Assembly (NCBI GenBank): GCA_963663965.2
Contig: CAXXFK010000006.1
Coordinates: 160,001 to 224,000 of the forward strand
Direction: 5' to 3'
Length of the DNA: 64,000 nt
From: Sedimentisphaerales bacterium
Lineage (GTDB): Bacteria > Planctomycetota > Phycisphaerae > Sedimentisphaerales > SM23-30
The notes below the pieces were generated by a model. That model searched no databases, was not told the DNA's origin, and worked only from the letters and a program-made list of their open reading frames with translations. A program made the position numbers and the translations under genes. Positions 30,401 through 40,048 of the stretch are shown here, one piece after another; positions within the stretch are counted from its first letter, which is position 1; each line of letters starts with the position of its first letter.

Positions 30401-30970
30401 TCCGGCAATTTCGCCGCCGCCGAAAACGACGTCCATTATGTGCCTTCCACCGATGGCAAAACCGGGCTTTGGTTTGGCAATGTTGACGATCTGTTTGCGC
30501 TGGGTGTTCCCGGCGGATGGGGTGGCCCCTGGAAGAATACACCGGTTTTAGCCAATAATCCCTCCGATCCCTATCTGATGACCGGGTACGACCATAAGCG
30601 GGTCAGTTTATCTCACAATCTGGACGAACCGGTAACCATGACCATCCAGGTTGATTTCCTGGCCAACGGCACTTGGTGCGATTATGGTTCTTTTGTTGTA
30701 CCGCCCGGCCAGACGGTTGAGCATGTTTTTCCCGATGGCTATCAGGCCCATTGGGTGCGGCTCAAAACCAACAAAGCCAGTACCGCAACCGCCTGGTTTG
30801 TTTATAATCCGCCATGCGATGGCAGCGAGGGGCTGGCTGATCTGGTGTGTCTGGCCCGACAATGGCTCTCGGCCGGCTGTGGTTACTGTGAAGGTGTCGA
30901 TCTGACACTGGATGGCCGGGTCAATCTGCAAGACTGGGCGGTAATGGCCCTCCACTGGTTGCAAATTTGA
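27449..30970 (+). CDS. Secreted protein: lectin-like N-domain + Calx-beta-like + uncharacterised ~780-aa domain + dockerin-like tail
   Basis: 1173 aa with signal peptide; VSVTETAGGTKVFEAG...VTVTAIDD; core paralogous to 16489..18942; VDLTLDGRVNLQDWAVMALHWL; ATGA overlap with the symporter stop. Confidence 0.82.
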   Translation: MMVNRLRKQMVLIAVWLIWNSWAQAMILDDFESGAFDPGWAATSRAVVQFNPGNASDGSDYYAVMTNAAENGDALGAWLGRDADETCADFSIAFDFRFTDTNQRQMNIQIGPSSVAVNNNTGSNICINFAYDGVDNRFEAYNGSWQPLTSLPTNLPDNVWHRVVITGRHFGTNGAQYDITVNGITQTGITYFHGAVVAQTHQIGGFNFNDRFGDNPGFDVDNVKGWAVLPPAVSVTETAGGTKVFEAGETSDTFSLSLTAQPKAPVTVTLKILDHPDQVNLDKTVLTYTPDNFRYFQVVTVTAIDDAVAEARYHNVRIGFSVTSADPDYHNMGVADLPVTVVDDETGPDFPGFSGIYPHLAVTNNTANECGIGAIVAWAGSLWYVTYSPHAPAGSSGDKLYQLRTDLEPVIRPESIGGTPANRMIHPESDQLIISNYLIDGQANVRTIPFTSLYGRMTANARHLTDPANKVYYFTMEDGLYEVDVNTLAVTELHRDRNRGGDDMVPGDHGKGAYSGQGRLVVANNGLDNGGDGTLSEWNGVGDPDTPSSWVEIDRNQYTEVTGPGGIYGNLNNDDPLWSLGWDHKSVLLQVCDNGAWKQFRLPKGSYTQDDADGWYTEWPRIREAAPDRLMMDMHCLLYEFPITFRHANTAGIMPLSSHLTMIVDWEQWNDRLVLACNDVSPFGSSLLGGITQSNLRFTSMDELDGLGRPLGWGGPWVKEPVAANQASEPFLINGFTHRVIHFAHTNPVSVTLSIELDRNGDSQWVDFDSFAVGPAGYGYYLLPADLQAQWIRFRIDTAVNSATVFLYCSTDSQKVDGSMFRSLADSGTARSYSSGILHPINSSDLKLEFAADIVDDSGNIIETGYYVVGQDMKLARVDNPVAESAVRTSFKTRLEFSEDDASVIVGGFRLPKSDPDYASPFASGWPRGIREVVTERNLMNIHGTFYEYPTALDGTDVLLKIRPITTHHKKIFDFCSWRGMLVLSGNFAAAENDVHYVPSTDGKTGLWFGNVDDLFALGVPGGWGGPWKNTPVLANNPSDPYLMTGYDHKRVSLSHNLDEPVTMTIQVDFLANGTWCDYGSFVVPPGQTVEHVFPDGYQAHWVRLKTNKASTATAWFVYNPPCDGSEGLADLVCLARQWLSAGCGYCEGVDLTLDGRVNLQDWAVMALHWLQI

Positions 30971-31001
30971 ATTGAAACAACGGCACAAGGAGTCCGCTTA
31001 A

Positions 31002-33359
31002 ATGAGACCTTTCACACTGACTTGCCATTTGATTACTGCGATCATTCTGGTCGGTATTGGACTTGTCAACGCCCAATCCGGTCCGGTTCCCATCGCGCCG
31101 GTATCGGCGACCGCGAGCAGCAGTCGTGACTCTTATCCAGCCGCCAAAGCGATCGATGGCAAAATCAGCGATGCATCCCGTTGGGTCAGTGAGGCCTCGG
31201 CCAGTCCAGCTTGGCTTGAGATTGATCTGGGTGCCAGTCGCAAGTTGGCGGGCATTCATCTTTATTCCGGTTACGGCGACCGGGATCCCATCCAGGATTT
31301 TGCGGTTCAGTTTTGGACCGAGGGGCAGTGGCGCGACATCCCATCCGCTCAAATCAAAAATAACAGATCCGTGGCGCTGGCGATTCCTTTCGATGATACG
31401 CTGGCCGTAACAGCCGACCGGATTCGTCTCTGGATTACCGCCAGCCATCAGGATACCGCGCGTGTCAAAGAGGTGGTGATCTGGCCGGCCGGACAGGGTG
31501 ATTTGCCGCCCATACTGCAGGCCAACAACCCATCCGGCGAAGTTATGCCTCCTCTTATCTATCTCAACCAGAGCGGTTTTGACAGCGGCAAACCCAAGCG
31601 GTTTACCGCGCCAACCCTGCCGGATGGCACCTCTTTTTCGATCCAGGTTGCCGGGGGTGGGCCTGACCTGTTCGCGGGGGTAATCATCAAGCACATTGGG
31701 GATTTTTCCCCCTTTGAACCCAATGACAACCGGGAGTATGCGGTGGTGGCGGCCGGTATCCGCTCGGTTCCGTTTCGCATCGGCAACTGGTGGCTGGAGC
31801 GGGTGACCTATCAGAACGCCGTCAATTTTATGATTGACAGCCGCCACTATGTCGGCAATGAACGTGCGACTTGCGCCGGTTCTTTCGGCTGGCGCGACGA
31901 CCATCATTTTGGCTGGGAACTTCACACCCTGATACCCCAATATCTGTCCAACCCCTCCGCCTATGACCGCATGCCCCGTCAGGTCCGTTATGAGCAGCCG
32001 GATAATCGCAAACTCTGGGGCGCGCTGGAACCCTATAAAGACGATGCCCCTGATATTGTCAAATTGATCCACTGGGGTGCCGATGTTATTGTTACCCAGG
32101 GTGTGACCCATGAAATGCTGAAAGCGCAGCTTGCCTATTTTCTGTATGCCTGGCCGGCGCTGGAGCCGTACCTGTCGCAACAGAATTACCGTGTTGTGCA
32201 TGATTTTGTCTTTGCTCATTGGGCTGATTCCGCTTGTGATCGCAAATACCCCTATGATGAAAGTCCGGAACACAACCTGCTGGTCTTGAAGACCAAGGTT
32301 GGTTCCACCAAAGGGGCTTATCCGCCGGGATTTTCCATTCAACCCAACCTGTTGCTTTATGAGGTAGCACGTAGCGAGAACCGATCTGATGCCGGCAAAT
32401 ATTTTCAGGCGGCATATAATCAGGCCGAATGGATCATCGCCAATCTGGACTGGAACGATCCACAGACCACCAAAGGCCAGCGGATGAGCGAATTCATTAC
32501 TATGACCGGTCTGGTTTATTTTCTGCGGCAGTATCCTGAACGCGCGCCTGCCGGGCTGACTGACAAGATCGAGCAGTGGGCCCGAGTTGTTTTGCGCCGT
32601 TCAGACAATATGTGGGATTTTCGCAAACTGGATGATGGTGACAAATGGACCCCGATGGGCGATCAGCCCACCATGTGGAATGAACCGGGCAATGTGGTGG
32701 GGCTGCCCGCAGCTTTACTGGCTGCCCAGTTGGTTGTTAAGGATCCTGCCATCTTAGCCCGTCTGAAAATCCTGGTCTGGTCCCATTTTGATAACGCATT
32801 TGGCCGTAATCCAGTCGGGCGCCACTTTTCCTATGACGCACCTCGTGAAATCGAAGGGGTTGAACATGGCTGGTTCAGGTTCTATCCCGGCGGTATCGGC
32901 CGACTGGCTGCCGCCCGTTTTGTCTTGGACGGCAGCCCCAAAGATACTCATTACCCATATCATCCCGAAAAAGGGGACATCGGCTGGACCGAAGGCTGGG
33001 TTCAGTTCAATACACCCTTTAATCTCAGTCTGGCTTATCTGGCACTGGCCGACACTCATATTACTCTCTCTCAGAACGATGATCTTCTGACCGTTAGTTT
33101 GCAGTCCCCATTGAATTTTGATTATGATCGAGTGGAATATGGCACCGTATTACTCACCAGCGGCAGCGGTGACCGAGAATATCTCAAGGTCATGGAAGAT
33201 ACACCCAACGCCAAGATATTTACTGGATATCAGACATTTCAATTGTCAAATTCGCCTGTGCAATTGGATGGTGTTCTTCAAGCGAAGCTAGGAGATCAGA
33301 TTGAAGTGAGTTATGGTTATGGTTGTTGGGGCCATCGAGCCGACATCATTCTTCGCTGA
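31002..33359 (+). CDS. Secreted F5/8 type C (discoidin) + cellulase N-terminal Ig-like + putative (alpha/alpha)6 domain protein (GH9-like architecture)
   Basis: AKAIDG...SRWVS...WLEIDLG; IYLNQSGFDSGKPKRFTAP; SHFDNAFGRNPVG; WTEGWVQFN; RBS AGGAG. Confidence 0.72.
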   Translation: MRPFTLTCHLITAIILVGIGLVNAQSGPVPIAPVSATASSSRDSYPAAKAIDGKISDASRWVSEASASPAWLEIDLGASRKLAGIHLYSGYGDRDPIQDFAVQFWTEGQWRDIPSAQIKNNRSVALAIPFDDTLAVTADRIRLWITASHQDTARVKEVVIWPAGQGDLPPILQANNPSGEVMPPLIYLNQSGFDSGKPKRFTAPTLPDGTSFSIQVAGGGPDLFAGVIIKHIGDFSPFEPNDNREYAVVAAGIRSVPFRIGNWWLERVTYQNAVNFMIDSRHYVGNERATCAGSFGWRDDHHFGWELHTLIPQYLSNPSAYDRMPRQVRYEQPDNRKLWGALEPYKDDAPDIVKLIHWGADVIVTQGVTHEMLKAQLAYFLYAWPALEPYLSQQNYRVVHDFVFAHWADSACDRKYPYDESPEHNLLVLKTKVGSTKGAYPPGFSIQPNLLLYEVARSENRSDAGKYFQAAYNQAEWIIANLDWNDPQTTKGQRMSEFITMTGLVYFLRQYPERAPAGLTDKIEQWARVVLRRSDNMWDFRKLDDGDKWTPMGDQPTMWNEPGNVVGLPAALLAAQLVVKDPAILARLKILVWSHFDNAFGRNPVGRHFSYDAPREIEGVEHGWFRFYPGGIGRLAAARFVLDGSPKDTHYPYHPEKGDIGWTEGWVQFNTPFNLSLAYLALADTHITLSQNDDLLTVSLQSPLNFDYDRVEYGTVLLTSGSGDREYLKVMEDTPNAKIFTGYQTFQLSNSPVQLDGVLQAKLGDQIEVSYGYGCWGHRADIILR

Positions 33360-33462
33360 TTCAGTTTTTAAATTGTAACATCGAATTGTGATCGTGAGAG
33401 GTTTTCAATCCAAACCGTCTGGTTACGGAATACAAAGAAAAAAAATCGTTAAAGGAGTCATT

Positions 33463-33536
33463 ATGAATCGTATTGTTATCATCCTAATCGCGAGCCTTTT
33501 GTTCTGCGGTTGATTATATGCTCAAGTCTCGGCCTA
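33463..33536 (+). pseudogene. Signal-peptide-only gene remnant
   Basis: Strong RBS AAAGGAG, then MNRIVIILIASLLFCG*LYAQVSA, ending at an IS-end-like sequence. Confidence 0.5.
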
Positions 33537-33605
33537 GTGTTCTGTAAAAACTAAATATTCCCATATAGTATGTTCGATAATAACTCCGTAAACCGATTTT
33601 TATGG
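33534..33605 (+). mobile_element. Isolated left end of an IS630-family element related to the copy at 38057
   Basis: CTAG-TGTTCTGTAAAAACTAAATATTCCCATATAGTATGTTCGATAATAACTCCGTAAACCGATTTTTATGG aligns without gaps to 38053-38124. Confidence 0.8.
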
Positions 33606-33828
33606 CCTACGGTGCAAAAACGTATCCACGACTAACTCATTGTCGTCAACAACCTTACTTTTCAGAAATTAGGCCGAGATCCATATCCCCTGTTTCCTAG
33701 TGCCCAAAGTCTATCAAATCAGCAAGAAACCGCAATCAGGTTCATTCGAACTTTCTTTAGGTGTATGTTTACAAGTAAATCATGGAATGTTAAATTTTGT
33801 GCACTAAGGGAGACTTGGCAGGCGTCCA

Positions 33829-33863
33829 TTCGTAAAAAGGGGATAATAATTCGCATATTGGAG
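33829..33863 (+). promoter_or_regulatory. Putative XylR/AraC operator upstream of GH95
   Basis: TTCGTAAAAAGGGG at 33829 (degenerate) and TTCGCATATTGGAG at 33850, 21 bp apart. Confidence 0.5.
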
Positions 33864-33972
33864 TTTTATTGGGGAATTCGTTTCACTATACTGTGGGAAT
33901 TCAATTTGTGATTTACAGGATAGATGGATCCTTGTTCTATTGACACCCATTGTATTGAAGGATGCCAGGTAG

Positions 33973-36234
33973 ATGACAAAGCGTAGCCATAATTTGTCAC
34001 TTGGAAAACCGTTCGGATTTTTGGTAGGGATATGGGTGGGCTGTGGGATAACTTTAGCCGGTGAAGATCCTGCCTCTGAACTGAAGATGTGGTACGACCG
34101 GCCGGCGGCCCAGTGGCAGGAGGCGCTGCCGGTGGGCAATGGCTATCTGGGTGGGATGGTTTTTGGCGATCCGAGTCAAGAGCGTATTCAATTTAACGAA
34201 CAGACTCTTTGGCTGGGGGATGAGATGGATATGGGCAGTTATCAGCCGTTTGGCGATCTGTTTATCGATCTGGCGGGAATGGAGGGATTTACGGACTATC
34301 GCCGTGAACTTGATCTGGGAGAGGCCATTCATCGAGTGTCCTATATTGCCAATGGGGTCCGGTATGGCCGCGAGACATTTTCCAGCCATCCCGATCGGGT
34401 GATTGCGATACGTTTGACAGCGGACCGACCGGGGGCGATCAGCGGCACCGTTAGATTAACTGACCGGCATCAAGCCGGGATTATAGCCAGGGATAACCGG
34501 ATTTACGCCAGCGGGGTGTTAGAGAATGGTTTGGCTTATGATGCCCAGGTCCTGGTGTTCAATGAGCAGGGAGCCATCAGGACTGGTGATAAGGGCATCT
34601 CCGTAGAGAATGCGGATCGGGTATCGATCCTTTTGGCGGCTGGAACGGCGTTTGTCAATGATCCACAAGCTGGATGGAGAGGCAAACATCCACATGAGGC
34701 AGTAACCGGACAGTTAACGAGTGCGTCCCGAAAAAAGTATATTGACCTTCTTGCCGATCATGTGGCCGATTATCAGTCGTTGTTTGGACGGGTGGGAATG
34801 GAGTTGGGTCCAGGGCGTGACGAAAAGCCCACCGATGCCCGGCTGAAAATCGCTCAACAGGAAGGTGGTGATCCTGCATTGGATGCCTTGTTGTTTCAAT
34901 ATGGCCGTTATCTCTTGATCGGGAGTTCCCGGCCCGGCGGTTTGCCGGCTAACCTGCAGGGTATCTGGAATCAAGATATTAAACCGGCTTGGTATAGCGG
35001 TTATACCACTAACATCAATATTGAGATGAACTACTGGCTGGCCGGTTCCACCGCTTTGTCCGAGTGTCAGGAACCCTTGATGACCTGGATTGGTCATTTG
35101 GCCGAAGTCCGAAAAAGGGGGGAGCAACCTGCGCTGCATACCCGGCGAGGCTGGATTATCTATAGCACTAACAACCCAATGGGGGGCAATTCCACCTGGG
35201 CCATCCATCGGCCGGGAAGCGCCTGGCTGAGCCAGCATTTTTGGAGTCATTATGAATATGAAGGCGACCGGAACTGGTTGAAGACCGTCGGTTATCCAAT
35301 CCTGAAGGAATTAGTGGAGTATTGGGAAGATTATCTGGTGGTGGGGCCGAAAGGACGGTTGATAACGCCGGCCGGCTGGTCACCAGAACATGCGCCGGGT
35401 CTCAAGGAAGGGGATCGAACGACCTATCCGGGAGTGTCGTACGACCAGCAGATCGTTTGGGACTTGTTCAATAATTATGTCAGCGCGGCGCGGGTGCTGG
35501 ACCTCGATCCGGATTATCGCGCAAAAATTGAATCCATGCGGGATCAGTTGCTGAGTCCACAGATTGGCAAGTGGGGGCAATTGCAGGAATGGATGGAGGA
35601 TGTAGACAATCCAAAGGATCAACATCGCCATATCTCCCATCTATTTGCCCTGCATCCCGGCCGACAGATTGATCCGGTCGCCACACCTGAGTGGTCTCAG
35701 GCGGCTCGGGTATCGCTGGATGCGCGGGGCGATGGCGGTACCGGATGGAGCATGGCCTGGAAGATTAATTTTTGGGCCCGACTCAAGGATGGCGACCGGG
35801 CGCACCGGTTGTTACGCAACCTGCTCAAGCCGGTTACGGGCCGAAACGGGGGAACCTATCCGAACCTGTTTAATGCTCATCCGCCCTTTCAGATAGACGG
35901 CAACTTTGGTGCGACCGCCGGCATCGCCGAGATGCTACTGCAAAGTCATGTCCAGACCGATAACGGCTATCTGGTTGAGTTGTTACCAGCGTTGCCAAAG
36001 GCCTGGTCCAATGGCCGGGTGACCGGGCTGCGCGCCCGAGGCGGATTCGAGGTCGATATCGAGTGGGAAAATGGGAAACTGCTTACCGCTCGGATTCGTT
36101 CGCGGCGTGGTGAACCACTGATGATACGCTGTCAAGAGCAGGAACTTAAGCTGAAGACCAAGACCGGACAGGTCATTTGTTTCGACGCGCAATTCAATGC
36201 TATCGCGTTGTCTGATCCAGAGAAACAACCTTAA
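33973..36234 (+). CDS. Glycoside hydrolase family 95 (alpha-L-fucosidase/alpha-L-galactosidase-like)
   Basis: [85 protein letters not shown]. Confidence 0.95.
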   Translation: MTKRSHNLSLGKPFGFLVGIWVGCGITLAGEDPASELKMWYDRPAAQWQEALPVGNGYLGGMVFGDPSQERIQFNEQTLWLGDEMDMGSYQPFGDLFIDLAGMEGFTDYRRELDLGEAIHRVSYIANGVRYGRETFSSHPDRVIAIRLTADRPGAISGTVRLTDRHQAGIIARDNRIYASGVLENGLAYDAQVLVFNEQGAIRTGDKGISVENADRVSILLAAGTAFVNDPQAGWRGKHPHEAVTGQLTSASRKKYIDLLADHVADYQSLFGRVGMELGPGRDEKPTDARLKIAQQEGGDPALDALLFQYGRYLLIGSSRPGGLPANLQGIWNQDIKPAWYSGYTTNINIEMNYWLAGSTALSECQEPLMTWIGHLAEVRKRGEQPALHTRRGWIIYSTNNPMGGNSTWAIHRPGSAWLSQHFWSHYEYEGDRNWLKTVGYPILKELVEYWEDYLVVGPKGRLITPAGWSPEHAPGLKEGDRTTYPGVSYDQQIVWDLFNNYVSAARVLDLDPDYRAKIESMRDQLLSPQIGKWGQLQEWMEDVDNPKDQHRHISHLFALHPGRQIDPVATPEWSQAARVSLDARGDGGTGWSMAWKINFWARLKDGDRAHRLLRNLLKPVTGRNGGTYPNLFNAHPPFQIDGNFGATAGIAEMLLQSHVQTDNGYLVELLPALPKAWSNGRVTGLRARGGFEVDIEWENGKLLTARIRSRRGEPLMIRCQEQELKLKTKTGQVICFDAQFNAIALSDPEKQP

Positions 36235-36341
36235 ACGACCCCGCGCACTTAAAAGTTGAAAATCGTTTTTTCGTTAACCCATCCGAATCAACTGAGAACG
36301 TAATTTCCAGATATAGACAAACTTACTACAGACTCATTACT

Positions 36342-37214
36342 TTGAACCGGACTATCATTATCATACTCGAGAACCTCTTGTTCAACGGTTATTTGATCCT
36401 GGACGATACCCAAAACATCAAACGCACCAAAATGATACAGACCGCCGGCAATGCCGAATATCGCGCGGTGCTGAATGTGCAGGACGACTGCGTAACTGCT
36501 ATCGGTCTGGGTGTGCTGGTTGCCGCCAAGCGACACCCCAACCTCAACGAACGCACCTATCTGGGCAAAGACCTGCATCACCAGCTTTCGGGCAAGCGGC
36601 GTATGCAAAAACGCGTCAACGAGGTCGAACGGCTGGGCCGCTGGGCGCGCGTCGCCCCGGCGTTTCCGGCCGGACAGGGCTGTTATCTGGCCGCCGCCCT
36701 GCTCGAACAGATCATGGCCGGCCATCTTCTGGTCCCGCAAACCATTAGAGTGTGTTCCGGGCCGGTTGTCGTACGCCAGTCCACCGATATCATGGCTATC
36801 GAAGATCAGCTTGTCGCCCATGCTGCGCGCTACATTCGCGTCAATGCCTGCCAGATCACTTCGGTTCAACAGGTTGCCCGGGCCATGTGCCTTTCCCTGC
36901 GGCAGCTCCAAAAGCGATTTCACAAGGCGCTGGCCGTCACCCTGCGTCAGGAAATTCGCCGCCATCGCATACGCGCCGCGGCCCGGATGCTGCTCGAATC
37001 CGACCTTTCAATCGCGTATATTACCCGACGGATTGGCTATGATAATCCTGCCAATGTGGCCCGCGCGTTCCGCAATGAAATGGGCATTACTCCGCGTGAC
37101 TATCGCCAGCGCTATAGTCTCCAGAACGACCTGAGTTTTACCAATCATGGGGAAGACACCACCAACGGATCTTGTGGAACCCAAACCGTGGTTGAGCAAG
37201 ACAGAACGAACTGA
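36342..37214 (+). pseudogene. 5'-truncated, chimeric XylR-family regulator (C-terminal half intact)
   Basis: From about 36680 it reads AAALLEQIMAG...VVVRQSTDIMAIED...AraC HTH, matching the C-terminal half of 21845..22996. The upstream part is unrelated to XylR. Confidence 0.7.
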
Positions 37215-37295
37215 CTGGACGGGAGAAGAAAACCGGAAACATTTGACTTTCTCGGATTCACCCATTATTGCGGAGTGAGCCGTAAAGGACAATTT
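37215..37295 (+). mobile_element. Group II intron reverse transcriptase/maturase fragment
   Basis: Translates to LDGRRKPETFDFLGFTHYCGVSRKGQF, the RT domain-7 FDFLGF motif. Confidence 0.75.
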
Positions 37296-38056
37296 AGCCC
37301 AAGTTCAACACTTGTAAGTTTTTATTTGCTATTTCACAGCCATCCCATAGACTACTAAATTTCAAGTAGTTATTTCAAAATAGGATGACATAAGTTACAC
37401 TGTAATTATCACAAAAACAGGAGTAACTTATGCCACCAAGTAAACATAACTATACCATTCTCAAACAGATATGCCAGCATATTCCAGCTTTTCTTGTGCC
37501 TAGACTTGCCCGTGACTATGGAGTAGATAAGCAGTCCCGGTCGTTTTCGCCATGGTCCCATGTAGTATCAATGCTGCATATCCAGATAGCACATAGTTTA
37601 TCTCTCAATGACGTAGCAGATACCTTACGGAATCATGCCGGTTCTCTGGCGACTATCCGAAACGCAACCCCTCCAAGCCGCAACGGACTTTCCAACGCTA
37701 ACAAGGAACGTAATCCGGCTATGGCAGAAGCGTTATTCTGGCAGGTGCTGTCCCATATCCAGGACCAGCATAAGTGTTTCGGTTTTAGCGGCAAATATTC
37801 CGGGCTTCCCAGACGATTCAAGCGAACGATTTATGCCATTGATTCCACGACAATAAAGCTTGTGGCCAATTGTATGGATTGGGCAAAGCATCGCAGACGT
37901 AAGGCGGCAGCAAAATGTCACATGCAGCTTAATCTGCAAACCTTTCTGCCTCAGTTTGCTATTGTCAAGAATGCGTCAACCCACGATTCTACAGAAGCTT
38001 ATCAACTTTGCGGGAATCTTAAAAGTGGCGAAATAGCCGTTTTTGACAAGGCCTAC

Positions 38057-39273
38057 TGCTCTGTAAAAACTAAATATTCTTATATAGCATGTCCGATAAT
38101 AACTCCATAAACCGAATATTTATGGAGTTTGTTATGAAAAAGTACATCGTTCGTCTCACTGACGCAGAACGGAAAGAGCTGCTTGAAGTTGTTACAAAAC
38201 TCAAGGGCACCTCGCAAAAAGTCAAACGGGCTCAAATCTTGCTTAAGGCGGATGCGGACGGTCCCAACTGGTCCTGCAATCAAATTGCCGACGCTTTTTT
38301 GTGTCGTCTCAGGACCGTAACCAAAGTTCGTAAATCGCTGGTAGAAAGAGGGTTTGACATCACATTGAACGGTAAGCAGCGTGACACGCCGCCTCGCGCC
38401 AAGCTGCTGGATGGCGAGCAGGAGGCAAAGATCATTGCCCTGAGGCTGAGCGATCCGCCGGAAGGTTACAGTAACTGGTCGTTGCGTTTGATCGCCGACA
38501 AAGCGGTGGAATTGGGAATCGTAGAATCCATCAGTCACACCACCGTTGCCACGACGCTTAAAAAAATGAAATAACGAACCGAAAGATACAGTACTGGGTG
38601 ATACCGCCGGCGCAAAACAGTGAATTTGTCGCGTGCATGGAAGATGTCCTGAATGTCTATTCCCTGCCGTATGACCCGGATTTTCCGGCGCTCTGCATGG
38701 ATGAACAGCCGGTGCAATTGCTCAAGGAAACTCGCACTCCGATGGCCGCGACCTTGCATCATCCTCGTCGAGTGGACTATGAATATGAACGTGCCGGAAC
38801 CGCCAGCCTATTCATGTTCACAGAACCAAAATCCGGCTGGCGTGGGGTGAGCGTTCGTCCACAACGGAAAAAGGTTGACTGGGCCGTTGAAATGGCAGAG
38901 TTGCTGGAGGGCCGCTATGCCCAAGCGAAACGAGTGCTTCTGGTGTGCGACAATTTGAATACTCATACCAAGGGAGCTTTTTACGAGGTTTTTCCTCCGG
39001 AGCAGGCGCGCTGGTATGTGGAAAAAATTGAATTTCATTACACGCCCAAGCATGGCAGTTGGCTCAATGTGGCCGAAAATGAACTGAGTGCGATGACCCG
39101 GCAATGTCTGAAGGATCGAAAAATGACCGACATGGATAGGCTGAAAAAAGAGACGAAAGCATGGGCCACCCACTCCAACGAAAAGCAACGAGGCGTTAAC
39201 TGGCAATTTAAAGTGGAAGATGCCAGGTGTAAATTGAGATCACTATATCCGAATATTTAATCTTTACAGAGCA
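38057..39273 (+). mobile_element. Complete IS630-family insertion sequence
   Basis: TIRs TGCTCTGTAAAAACTAAATATTC and GAATATTTAATCTTTACAGAGCA (21/23 match), flanked by CTAC on both sides (TA core). Confidence 0.93.
38134..39260 (+). CDS. IS630 transposase, two ORFs joined by a probable -1 frameshift at A7 (38560-38566)
   Basis: OrfA MKKYIVRLTDAER...WSLRLIA; OrfB LCMDEQP, DYEYERAGT, LVCDNLNTH, YTPKHGSWLNVAENE. The -1 frame reads LKKNEITNRKIQYWVIPP. Confidence 0.9.
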
Positions 39274-40048
39274 CTACGTTGATTTCAAGCATCTGGCTGA
39301 ACTTGATAGTCGGGGGGTATTCTGGGTTACACGAGCTAAAGACAACATGGCTTATCGAATCATCAAACCGCTTAGCGAACCTAAAGGTAATATTATCAGC
39401 GATGTGTTAGTCGAACTTGAAACCCCCAAAAGCTATGAGGCTTACCCCAAGTTTATACGGATGGTGACTGCTGATGTGGAAATTGATGGTAAAGAAAAAC
39501 GCATATCATTTATTACCAACAACATAGACTGGGCCCCCAGTAGCATTTGCGACCTATATAAATGTCGTTGGGGCGTAGAAGTATTCTTTAAGCAGATCAA
39601 GCAGACATTGCAGTTAGCTGACTTTGTGGGCCATAGTCAGAATGCTATTCTCTGGCAGGTCTGGATGGCTCTGCTGGCATATGTTCTGATCCGTTTTGTG
39701 GGTTATCTTGGTAAATGGCAAGGAACTTTCAAACGGCTTTTTACACTATTGAGAGGTGTCATGTTTAGTCGCCTGGATATATATAGCGTCATGGATTCCT
39801 GTGGGATAGCACGTGGCTCCCCAAGAATGGTCGGAAGCCCTCAGCAGGCCTATTTGCCCGGTTTTGAGTTGCGTTGAGGATTTCAGACAGAAATAGCCGG
39901 GGCAAAAATACGGGAGTAACACCCTCACCAGAACGGTTTGGCGATTAAGGCCAAAAAAAGTCAGAACTTCCCATTCAAATACTCCCGACAAAAAGGCTGT
40001 TTTTAATGTAAAAATACAGTCCTTGCGGAGAATCCATAGACTTATGGG

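Larger units (their letters stand above)
37430..39877 (+). pseudogene. IS4-family transposase, split by the IS630 insertion
   Basis: Removing the insert restores AVFDKAYVDFKHLAELDSRGVFWVTRAKDNMAY. DDE motifs YAIDSTTI, FDKAY and LYKCRWGVEVFFKQIKQ. Confidence 0.92.

Noticed and set aside
30921..32342. 473-aa minus-strand ORF, and similar ones such as 45784..46620, 3991..4815 and 19397..19978
   Set aside because: These are antisense shadows of well-supported genes and have no motifs of their own.
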